Below are positions 56,006 to 64,000 of a stretch of DNA of 64,000 nt, one piece after another. The DNA is from an uncultured delta proteobacterium. GTDB taxonomy: Bacteria; Desulfobacterota; Desulfobacteria; Desulfobacterales; QNYZ01. The stretch covers positions 672,001 through 736,000 of the forward strand of contig CAWJQU010000005.1 in NCBI GenBank assembly GCA_963845145.1. Direction: 5' to 3'. Each line of letters begins with the position of its first letter. Position 1 is the first letter of the stretch. Below the pieces are notes generated by a model. The model had not been told where the DNA came from. It did no database searches and saw only the letters and a program-made list of their open reading frames with translations. Made by a program: the position numbers and the translations under genes.

Positions 56006-58417
56006 ATGATCAAAAAGCGGAAGCTTGATTTAAATGACTTGCGGTGTATCTGCGACCCGAAAACATTTTCTTTTAAAACCACGGCGGAGATCGAGCCTTT
56101 AGATGCCGTTATCGGTCAGAAACGCGCTGTTCAAGCCATTGATTTCGGGCTTAACATGAAAAGCCCCGGATACAATATTTTCGTCACCGGCATTGATGGA
56201 ACAGGTAAGTCAACCATCATTCAGGACATCGTGGCAGGCCATGCCGAAAAAAGCGAGGCGCCGGTTGACTGGTGCATGGTAAATAATTTCCAGGATCAAT
56301 TTTGTCCCAAAGCGATCGATGTCCCCCACGGTAAGGCGATAGTGCTCAAAAAGCAGATGGAAAAGCTGGTGGAGGGGCTGAAGAACGAACTCCTGGCCGC
56401 CTTTGAAAGTAAATCCTATCTGGCCAAAATGGACGCGATCCAAAAAAAGCACGGGGAAAAACAAAAACAGATCTTTGAGGCATTGGATCAGGAAGCCATA
56501 CAATTGGGTCTGGCGATCAACCGAACCCAATCCGGCTTTCAAACATTTCCCGTGGTCGAAGGCAAACCAATGGAGCGAGAGGCATTTGATGCACTCCCTA
56601 AGGAAGAAAAAAAACGAATCGAAGAGAATATCCATACGCTTCAGGGCCGCATTGAGACATCCATGCGTGAGGCTGCCAAAATAAAAGACGCCATGCAACA
56701 GGATGTGGAACAGGTCATGTCCGATATCGCTTTGTTCGTCACCAAAACGCGGATCGATGTGCTCGTGGCTCAGTACGAGAGCTGCACGCGAATTGTTGAC
56801 TATTTAAATGAAGTCCAGGCAAACATTGTTGAAAATGTCGGCGACTTTCTTCCCCGCAAGGAACAAAACTTGCCGATTCCCGGTATGGGCGATGATTCCG
56901 GCGCTTCCAGGCTCCAGGGGTATGAAGTCAATGTACTGGTGGATCGTAAAACCATCAAGGGCGCCCCGGTAATCTTCGAGACCAACCCCACGTATCAGAA
57001 TGTCTTTGGCCGAATCGAGAAACGGGCCTATATGGGCACCCTGACCACCGACTTTACCCTGGTTCAGGCAGGTTCCTTGCTGAGGGCCAACGGCGGGTAT
57101 CTGATCATGGAGATCGAATCCTTGCTGACCAACCCCTATGTGTATGATGCGCTCAAACGGGCACTACAAAATAAAATGCTCCTCATTGAAGATCTGCCCA
57201 CCAGCCTGGGATTTGGAGCGATGTCGCTTCGGCCCGAACCGATTCCTTTGGATGTGAAAGTGATCCTTTTGGGAAGTTACCAGCTGTTTCATATGCTTCA
57301 GAACAGCGATTCCAAATTCAACAAAATTTTCAAGGTACGCGCTGACTTTGACCACGAAACCGACCGCAATGAAGAGACGACGGCCCAATACGCCCAGTTC
57401 GTGGCCCGGGTGTGCCGGGAAGAAAAACTTTTACCCCTGACGCCCGCCGGTGTGGCCGCCATTATTGAATTCGGCGAAAAACAGGTGGCTGACAAAAACA
57501 AATTATCCATCCGCTTCGGTCCGATTCATGGGGTTTTAAAAGAAGCCGACTATTGGGCGCGAAAATCCGGGGCTACAGCCATATCCGATAAAAATGTGGT
57601 TAAAGCCCTCAAGGAACACCACTTCCGGTATAACCTTTACGAAGAAAAAACCCATGAATCCTATGCCCAAAATACAATCCTGCTCGATGTTGAAGGCAAG
57701 GTCATCGGTCAGGTCAATGCTCTGGCGGTATATCAACTCGGCGATATCTCCTTTGGCCGCCCATCGAGAATAACCGCTGAGACCTACATGGGCAAATCAG
57801 GGGTCGTCAATATCGAGCGGGAATCCAAACTTAGCGGAAAAACCCATGATAAAGGCGTGCTGATCCTGTCCGGCTACCTTGGCCGCACATTTGCCCAAAA
57901 GTATCCCATGAACCTCTCTATCAGCATCACTTTCGAGCAAAGCTACGGCGGCATCGACGGCGACAGCGCCTCATCCACAGAGCTTTACGCCATCTTATCG
58001 AGTCTGGCGGAACTGGGTATCGATCAGGGCATTGCCGTTACCGGATCGGTCAACCAAAAAGGCGAGGTTCAGGCCATCGGCGGCGTCAACCAGAAAGTAG
58101 AGGGGTTTTTTGAGGTCTGCAAAACCAAAGGCCTCACCGGGCAGCAGGGCGTGATGATTCCCCAGGCCAATGTCCAAAACCTCATGCTTGGCCGGGATGT
58201 GTTAAAGGCGGTAAAAAAGGGCCGTTTTCACATCTGGTCCGTGGATAGTATTGCGCAGGGTATCGAGATCCTGACCGGCGTTCCTGCGGGAAAACCGAAT
58301 AAAATCGGAAACTATCCCAAAAGCAGTGTATTCGGCAAAGTTCAAAAAAAGCTGAGGTTTTACCTTGAACGGCAATTCCAGCTAAAAAAGGAGTTCAGCG
58401 GAGAAGAAAACGGATAA
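56006..58417 (+). CDS. Lon-like ATP-dependent protease (AAA_32/LonC type)
   Basis: IGQKRA, GTGKS, ANGGYL, GQVNAL, FEQSYGGIDGDSAS, GGVNQKVEGF. Confidence 0.9.
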   Translation: MIKKRKLDLNDLRCICDPKTFSFKTTAEIEPLDAVIGQKRAVQAIDFGLNMKSPGYNIFVTGIDGTGKSTIIQDIVAGHAEKSEAPVDWCMVNNFQDQFCPKAIDVPHGKAIVLKKQMEKLVEGLKNELLAAFESKSYLAKMDAIQKKHGEKQKQIFEALDQEAIQLGLAINRTQSGFQTFPVVEGKPMEREAFDALPKEEKKRIEENIHTLQGRIETSMREAAKIKDAMQQDVEQVMSDIALFVTKTRIDVLVAQYESCTRIVDYLNEVQANIVENVGDFLPRKEQNLPIPGMGDDSGASRLQGYEVNVLVDRKTIKGAPVIFETNPTYQNVFGRIEKRAYMGTLTTDFTLVQAGSLLRANGGYLIMEIESLLTNPYVYDALKRALQNKMLLIEDLPTSLGFGAMSLRPEPIPLDVKVILLGSYQLFHMLQNSDSKFNKIFKVRADFDHETDRNEETTAQYAQFVARVCREEKLLPLTPAGVAAIIEFGEKQVADKNKLSIRFGPIHGVLKEADYWARKSGATAISDKNVVKALKEHHFRYNLYEEKTHESYAQNTILLDVEGKVIGQVNALAVYQLGDISFGRPSRITAETYMGKSGVVNIERESKLSGKTHDKGVLILSGYLGRTFAQKYPMNLSISITFEQSYGGIDGDSASSTELYAILSSLAELGIDQGIAVTGSVNQKGEVQAIGGVNQKVEGFFEVCKTKGLTGQQGVMIPQANVQNLMLGRDVLKAVKKGRFHIWSVDSIAQGIEILTGVPAGKPNKIGNYPKSSVFGKVQKKLRFYLERQFQLKKEFSGEENG

Positions 58418-58463
58418 TCAACCGGGATAATCAACCGGTATCATCAACCGGGATCAACAACCG
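58417..58463 (+). repeat. 13-bp tandem repeat, about 3.6 copies
   Basis: ATCAACCGGGATA / ATCAACCGGTATC / ATCAACCGGGATC / AACAACCG. Confidence 0.75.
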
Positions 58464-58498
58464 ATTCTTCCATGAACGACCTTTAAAAGGAGACCCAG

Positions 58499-58918
58499 AT
58501 GGCGGATTGTATTTTTTGCAAAATTGTCGAGGGTGAGATCCCCAGTATCAAAGTGTATGAAGATGAGCGCGTACTGGCCTTTATGGATATCAACCCGATC
58601 AGCACGGGCCACACCCTTATTATTCCCAAGGCCCATGCCGAGAATCTTTTCGAGATGAAATCCGAAGACTTGAATGCCGTCATTCTAGCGTCAAAAAAGG
58701 TTGCCCAGGGGATGCGCACAGCGCTCTCGCCCGAAGGCATTGCCGTGCTTCAATTAAACGGCAGGGGGGTTAACCAGGTCGTCATGCACTACCACATGCA
58801 CCTGGTTCCAAGAACGGAGCGTGACACTGATCTGCCCATCACCGGGTGGGAAATAAAACCGGGCGATATGAATACGATTCAGGCGACCGGCCAGAAGATA
58901 GCCGCCGCGGTTAAATAA
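58499..58918 (+). CDS. HIT family nucleotide hydrolase
   Basis: CIFCKI, DINP..GHTLIIPK, HYHMHLVPR. Confidence 0.95.
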   Translation: MADCIFCKIVEGEIPSIKVYEDERVLAFMDINPISTGHTLIIPKAHAENLFEMKSEDLNAVILASKKVAQGMRTALSPEGIAVLQLNGRGVNQVVMHYHMHLVPRTERDTDLPITGWEIKPGDMNTIQATGQKIAAAVK

Positions 58919-58928
58919 AGAGCCATTT

Positions 58929-60137
58929 TTACCGAATACCAGTTGCAGCGGAAAATTCATCACCATTTGGATCCATCGCATTCCCTTCCGCATCTTTACC
59001 CTTAAATTGAAATACCAAATGCGATGGATCGATGGTACCGCTGATCGAATCAGGTAATTGTGTAATCCGGAAGGTGACCGTTGCCTGATGCGTGTCGGCA
59101 TCGTATTCGACCCTTTCGGGAAACCTGGCCAGCGAGACTTCGGTGTCGGCAATGGGCAAGCCATTATTGTATCGCTCTGCAGGGCCCGAAAAGTCGGACC
59201 GTCGGATATCCCAATTATATCGGTTTCTTACCGAATCAGCATCCATTTCTTTGCCGAACACAAATTTCATATTGAACGTTTTTGAGTTTCCCGCTGTCTG
59301 GAGGTACGAATCAAGGGCCGCCACGGATGTCTTCGGCCGCAATGGATACGCAAAGGTGCTCGCCGACATGGCGAATTCTATCCTGGGCGGCTTTTCACTA
59401 TAGATGTGCCCGGCCAGTGTCGCGGCATAGGACGGGGCTGTTTTCATCAAACTGCTTTTTATTTCCTCCGCTTTTTCTATTTCACCCATATCGGTATAGG
59501 TGTATCCCAACTCGACCTGTGCATCAAAAAAATCTCTTTTGCTCCCAATCGCTTTTTCTAGAGCAGAGACGGCTTCATCGTAACGCCCCGCTTTGCTTAA
59601 CGCCTGGCCCAACCCGTAATACCCCTGTGCCGCTCCTCCTGAAAAACGAATGACTTCTTGAAATTGAGCCTGCGCTTCTGAAAATTTGCCGTTGGCCATC
59701 TGCGCGTTGCCCAGAGAGAAGAGATTCACCTCACTTTTATTCAACCGCACGGCATCGGCATATTGATCCTCGGCTTCCTGATAGCGCCCCTGAGAATATA
59801 ATAGATTACCCAATTTGACTTTAACATCATCTCGGGTCGGGTGGAAGGTTACGGCATTCTCATAGGCTTTGACAGCCTGGTCGCTTTTCCCGAGTTTTTG
59901 ATAAGTGATTGACAAGTATTCCGTTGCAGCTATCGAATTTTCCCCATGGGGCGCCATACCGATGGCACGATGAAATCCTTTGGCAGCCGCTTCGTATTCC
60001 CCGCCCATATATTTATCGATGGCACCGGTCAGCGCCGAAGCAGCCATTGAGCTGGTTTGGTTTTGCTGCCCCACGGCCGATGACATAGTGTCAAAAATAT
60101 TGGTGGTTTGACCGATACTGTCTAAAAGCGATACCAT
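58929..60137 (-). CDS. Tetratricopeptide repeat protein with beta-rich C-terminal domain
   Basis: About six TPR-like helical pairs (LG..Y/L..G...A); start ATG 60137 with GGAG RBS. Confidence 0.82.
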   Translation of the reverse strand: MVSLLDSIGQTTNIFDTMSSAVGQQNQTSSMAASALTGAIDKYMGGEYEAAAKGFHRAIGMAPHGENSIAATEYLSITYQKLGKSDQAVKAYENAVTFHPTRDDVKVKLGNLLYSQGRYQEAEDQYADAVRLNKSEVNLFSLGNAQMANGKFSEAQAQFQEVIRFSGGAAQGYYGLGQALSKAGRYDEAVSALEKAIGSKRDFFDAQVELGYTYTDMGEIEKAEEIKSSLMKTAPSYAATLAGHIYSEKPPRIEFAMSASTFAYPLRPKTSVAALDSYLQTAGNSKTFNMKFVFGKEMDADSVRNRYNWDIRRSDFSGPAERYNNGLPIADTEVSLARFPERVEYDADTHQATVTFRITQLPDSISGTIDPSHLVFQFKGKDAEGNAMDPNGDEFSAATGIR

Positions 60138-60211
60138 TCGGATCTCCGCATAAAAAACCTGTTTAATTAGATTGTCGGCACTTTTAAAAAAAACTTGAGG
60201 CAAAAAAATAA

Positions 60212-60688
60212 TCAAAGCCACTTGCGCTCTAAATCGATCAGCCGCTTCTTGGTCGCCAAGCCACCACCGAAGCCCGTAAGGGAGCCATCGCTGCCGATAA
60301 CGCGGTGGCAGGGAATGATGATGGGGATGGGATTTTTGCCGTTGGCCCCGCCCACGGCCCGAACCGCTTGGGGATTGCCGACGACTTCAGCGATATTTTT
60401 ATAGCTGACCAAGTCACCGTAAGGAACCCCCCGCAGAGCCCGCCAGACCTTGAGTTGAAAATCCGTCCCCACCGGGGCTAGAGGCACATCGAATTGTTTT
60501 AGTTTACCATTGAAATAGTCCCGGAGCTGTGCCTTAACCGAGCTAAAAAAGCCGTGCTTTTTCTGCCAGTTACTTTGAATAACGAGGGGATTTTTCTCTT
60601 TTTCAAAATCGATATGTCGCAATCCGGATTCATCACCCGCAAGTGTCAGGGTACCAATCAGTCCGGTTTCAAAAAAATCATAATACAT
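60212..60688 (-). CDS. ogt: Methylated-DNA-protein-cysteine methyltransferase
   Basis: GTDFQLKVW, RAVGGANGKNP, IPCHRVIG; start ATG 60688. Confidence 0.95.
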   Translation of the reverse strand: MYYDFFETGLIGTLTLAGDESGLRHIDFEKEKNPLVIQSNWQKKHGFFSSVKAQLRDYFNGKLKQFDVPLAPVGTDFQLKVWRALRGVPYGDLVSYKNIAEVVGNPQAVRAVGGANGKNPIPIIIPCHRVIGSDGSLTGFGGGLATKKRLIDLERKWL

Positions 60689-60701
60689 GATGGATTCTCC
60701 C

Positions 60702-62198
60702 TTATGAATGCCAAAGGTAAATAGCGGCATAAGCCCGCCAGGGGCGCCAATTTTCCGCCCTTGCGAGGACTTGCTTTTCAGTTGGCCGGCGATCGCCCCG
60801 GCAAAGCGCTTTGATGATGCCAAGGTCAGACGCCGGAAAAGCGTCGGGTTCTCCCAAGGCACGCATGGCAATATAATTCGCGGTCCATCGACCGATTCCG
60901 GGGAGGTCCGTCAACCGTTTAATGAATTCATCCTGGGATCTGCCCACGGATAAAGACAAGTCTCCTTGCATAACAGCTTGCGACAGTGTCTTGAGGGTCT
61001 TTAACCGGGCGCCGGGCATACCGCCACGACCCAATTCACACGCCCAAAGCTCCCGGGCAGTAGGGAAAAGATGGGTAAGACCCGATGGACTACCGGCTTG
61101 ATTCCCCGAACGATCCGCACGATCGAAGGCGGGCCCGGCCTTGGCCACGATTCGTCCAATGACGGTGCGGGCGCCTTTAACCGAAACCTGTTGGCCCACG
61201 ATTGCCCGAACGGCAACCTCAAACGGATCCCAGGCCCCCGGCAGCCTCAGGCCGGGCTTACGGTGAATGATGGTCTCGAGTAAAGGATCGGCAGCAAGCA
61301 CATCATGGATGGCCGCCATATTGGCATCCAGATCGAACATACTGCGCACGCGCTGGACCACACACATCAGGTCACGGCTGTCAGGAAGAGAGACCGTCAG
61401 CCGCAGGGCCCGGTTTTTTTTTGCATGCGCCACGGCAATACGACCGACCGCATTATTGATTCGAATCGTGCGATGATAGCTGCCGTCGGCAACCACTTCA
61501 ACGCCCGGAATTCCACGTGCTTCAAAAAACCGCAACAACCGTTCCCAATCAAACGGTGGCCGATAGGTCAGGTTTAATGTACACTGAAACTGCGGTGCTC
61601 GATTATGACCGGGTGTTAAAGTTGGACGGCGAAAAGCGGAGGGTGTTTGTCCACAGCACTTTTTAAAAGCGGCATTGAACCGTCGCACGCTGCCAAATCC
61701 GGATGCGAATGCGATTTGTGTAATCGATAGTGTGGTCTCATTGAGAAGTTGCTTCGCAAATAACACTTTTTCCGTCGTGGCCAAGGCTTTGGGCGACGCG
61801 CCAAGGTGGGCTTGGAACAACCGCCGCAAGTGACGACTGCCGACACCAAGCTTTCGGGCCAGCCCTTCAAGGTTCCCTTCATTTAAAGCACCTTGTCGAA
61901 TCAAAAGCATTGCCCGTGACACAGTAGCCGATGTCCCGTTCCAGGCCGGACTGCCCGGGGACACTTCCGGCCGACACCGCAAGCAAGGTCGCAACCCCGC
62001 TTGCGCCGCCGCTGCCGCTGTTGGAAAGTAAACGATGTTTTCAGGTTTGGCCGCAGGCGCCGGGCAAATGGGACGGCAATAAATACCGGTGCTCAGGACG
62101 CCGATAAAAAACAATCCGTCAAACCGCGGGTCTCTGGCCTGTCTCGCCCTTTCGCAAATACGCTGGTCGCAAATACGCTGATCATGGATCATTTTCAC
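60702..62198 (-). CDS. alkA: Ada-AlkA fusion (Ada Zn domain, AraC HTH, AlkA glycosylase)
   Basis: STGIYCRPICP, RPCLRCRP, RAIVGQQVS, LPGIGRWTA, DAFPASD, WRPWRAYA. Confidence 0.93.
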   Translation of the reverse strand: MKMIHDQRICDQRICERARQARDPRFDGLFFIGVLSTGIYCRPICPAPAAKPENIVYFPTAAAAAQAGLRPCLRCRPEVSPGSPAWNGTSATVSRAMLLIRQGALNEGNLEGLARKLGVGSRHLRRLFQAHLGASPKALATTEKVLFAKQLLNETTLSITQIAFASGFGSVRRFNAAFKKCCGQTPSAFRRPTLTPGHNRAPQFQCTLNLTYRPPFDWERLLRFFEARGIPGVEVVADGSYHRTIRINNAVGRIAVAHAKKNRALRLTVSLPDSRDLMCVVQRVRSMFDLDANMAAIHDVLAADPLLETIIHRKPGLRLPGAWDPFEVAVRAIVGQQVSVKGARTVIGRIVAKAGPAFDRADRSGNQAGSPSGLTHLFPTARELWACELGRGGMPGARLKTLKTLSQAVMQGDLSLSVGRSQDEFIKRLTDLPGIGRWTANYIAMRALGEPDAFPASDLGIIKALCRGDRRPTEKQVLARAENWRPWRAYAAIYLWHS

Positions 62199-62421
62199 GC
62201 CCTTTTAAGACATAGGGTTTCATAGCAGACGCTATTATCGACAATCGTCGGAATATTTATCCCTCTGATCTAAAACCAGAACCGTATATTGATGTGTAGA
62301 AAGGATTTAGGCAAGACGTTTTCGGACATGGTTGAAGTTTATAAAGAAAATAGCGACAGCCTTCGGCGGAGGGGTTGATTGAAGGAAAATCGGAAATGAT
62401 GTTTTGGTTAGTTTAAAATCG

Positions 62422-63228
62422 CTAGATTTCCATTAGCAACTTTGTTTTTTGTTCATCATATTGTTCTGATGTGATGATATTTTCATGCAATATCTTTTTA
62501 AGAAATTGAAATTGTTCTTCCACGGAAGTTATTCCCGCCATTAAATCTTCGATGCTACCCTGTTCCAACAGCATCGTTTTAGTCGTTTTTCCTTCTTCTT
62601 TAGTGATCAGTTTTTTTACCAGCAATTCAGATAAAAAATTGAATTGATCCAACAGCTTTTCATTCTTGTTTTTTGCCGTGGATTCACAGAGGCTGTTTAA
62701 AATATTGGCTTTATTTTCCACATAATCTTGCTCGGCAATCAATTTTTGATTTAAAAGGGTTTTTAACTTTTCAAACTTTTTCATTAAATTGGTAAGATTG
62801 TGCTTCATCCCCTCGGGTGTTGCCGTAGCCTTGGATTGTTCAATTTTTCCTATAAAATCTCCGATTTGCTTATCCTCTTCCAAAATATGATTAACCAGCC
62901 AGTCGGTAAGAAATGTGATCAATTTTTGCGGTTCAAGCGCCTGGCCTTTTTTTAATCCGATAAGCACGCCCGTCACTTCCTTAATAAGTGTTTTATGAAG
63001 TTTTTTGTGTTGCGCAAGGCCGGGAAACCCGGAACTCACCATCAGATCTTCTTCTGCTGCGAAATGTTTTTTGGTGTAGTCAACCAGAAACTTCAGCATA
63101 TTTCCAAGCTCTTTGCCCTCCTGGTCTGTGGCAAGAGATGTTTCCAGGCGGGTAACCATATCGGCAAGCTGTCGGTGTTGCGAATCGACTTCATCCACAC
63201 CTATATTATAGGCATCTTTCCATTCCAT
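62422..63228 (-). CDS. Bacteriohemerythrin with C-terminal SHOCT-like repeats
   Basis: DSQH, HFAAEE, HKKLH, WLVNHILEED; three L..L....I...Y...K..LL-type repeats. Confidence 0.85.
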   Translation of the reverse strand: MEWKDAYNIGVDEVDSQHRQLADMVTRLETSLATDQEGKELGNMLKFLVDYTKKHFAAEEDLMVSSGFPGLAQHKKLHKTLIKEVTGVLIGLKKGQALEPQKLITFLTDWLVNHILEEDKQIGDFIGKIEQSKATATPEGMKHNLTNLMKKFEKLKTLLNQKLIAEQDYVENKANILNSLCESTAKNKNEKLLDQFNFLSELLVKKLITKEEGKTTKTMLLEQGSIEDLMAGITSVEEQFQFLKKILHENIITSEQYDEQKTKLLMEI

Positions 63229-63443
63229 GATTAGCTTCCTAGATTTAATTTTAATCAAAACCCCGGTAAAAAATCTTTTTTAAAATAGTAGCTTACCCAA
63301 TTATCCGTATACTGTCAAATTTACAAAGTCTATAAAATGGTGCCGCACAAAATATAACGAGCGCCAAGGACAGCGTGGTTGACAATGATGAGATTTTTTT
63401 GATAAACGCGTTTAACAAAAAAACATGTTTAGCGGAGATTGAA

Positions 63444-64000
63444 ATGAATCGACGTCAAGTCGTTAAAGCTGAAACGCGGAAACTAATATTGGATGCCGCC
63501 AAAAAAATATTGGTGAAAAATAGTGCGTTCACCATGCGAGAAGTGGCTGCCGAGGCGGGTGTGTCGCCGGCATCGGTTGTGGTCCATTTTAATAGCAAAA
63601 CCAGGTTACTCGAAGCCGCGCTTTATGAAGATATCGAGCATACCATTCTTAAAACCATCGCCTCTATGCCCGAAGATCGCCCCCTGCTTGATCGATTGAT
63701 GCACATATGGGGCAGTATGTTTCGTTTTTACGACACCAATCGAAATTTATATCGGGAATTGCTTCGCCGCACGACTTTTGAGCTGGATAGTGAAAGCCCC
63801 CATATGAAAGAACAGATGGACCGATTTTTAGGGTTCTTGGACCTAGTGATACGGGATGAACAGGCAAAAGGAAGCATTGAAACAGCGCTCGAATCGATGA
63901 TGGTGGCGGAGTCCCTGGGGGCATTTTATTTCGGCATGCTCATTCGGTTTTTTAAAAATCCTCAAATGACGCCTCAGGCGGCCATAGAATATCTGACAAA
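63444..64000 (+). CDS. TetR/AcrR family regulator (runs off the window end; absent from the ORF track)
   Basis: MNRRQVVKAETRKLILDAA..TMREVAAEAGVSPASVVVHFNSK; RBS GGAG. Confidence 0.88.
   Translation, partial: MNRRQVVKAETRKLILDAAKKILVKNSAFTMREVAAEAGVSPASVVVHFNSKTRLLEAALYEDIEHTILKTIASMPEDRPLLDRLMHIWGSMFRFYDTNRNLYRELLRRTTFELDSESPHMKEQMDRFLGFLDLVIRDEQAKGSIETALESMMVAESLGAFYFGMLIRFFKNPQMTPQAAIEYLT

Noticed and set aside
62153..62182. 15-bp duplication at the alkA 5' end (DQRIC twice)
   Set aside because: Real but only two copies, outside the Zn motif; likely a neutral slippage event.
1..64000. tRNA, rRNA, CRISPR-cas, prophage or integrase genes; the many short overlapping ORFs in the track
   Set aside because: None recognised by eye. 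The short ORFs overlap well-supported genes in other frames or strands and show no motifs.

Overview
Bacterial chromosomal window. The protein repertoire (DUF3786, CheD-HDOD, ExeA-OmpA, Lon-like AAA_32 protease, REC-only regulator) resembles a sulfate-reducing Desulfobacterales-type genome; this is an inference. It has four parts. (1) 0.1-3.9 kb: class-III aminotransferase, beta-keto-acid cleavage enzyme and CheD-HDOD. (2) About 4-17 kb: an AT-richer accessory tract with all genes on the + strand. Small unrelated genes and four toxin-antitoxin pairs (AbiEi/AbiEii, VapBC, two HipBA-like) are separated by degenerate attC-like hairpins, with no integrase in the window (CALIN-like). The tract also holds GTAG-REP hairpins, MITEs with 4-bp target duplications and a decayed second copy of the HDOD gene 3' end. 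(3) 17-39 kb: mixed accessory genes, including a Fe-S/DUF3786/LuxR unit, TetR units, an ISNCY-like IS inserted between a radical-SAM gene and its RBS, Lon/MarR, a CPA2 antiporter and a hotdog dehydratase with CoA ligase. (4) 39-52 kb: a LysR-linked minus-strand cluster with phenylphosphate-synthase-like PpsA/PpsB, one PpcB-type UbiD, a CoA ligase, UbiX, an LpdD-like protein, a flavin reductase, an HD hydrolase and two Tm-1-like (UPF0261) proteins. This non-canonical anaerobic phenolic/aromatic activation cluster is the best candidate for an undescribed system. After it come vWA-FHA, ExeA-OmpA, a Lon-like protease, HIT, a TPR protein, Ada/AlkA-Ogt, hemerythrin and a truncated TetR. Several genes between 6 and 30 kb are split by mostly +1 indels, probably sequencing errors. 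No rRNA, tRNA or CRISPR array was recognised. All calls were made by eye, without database searches.
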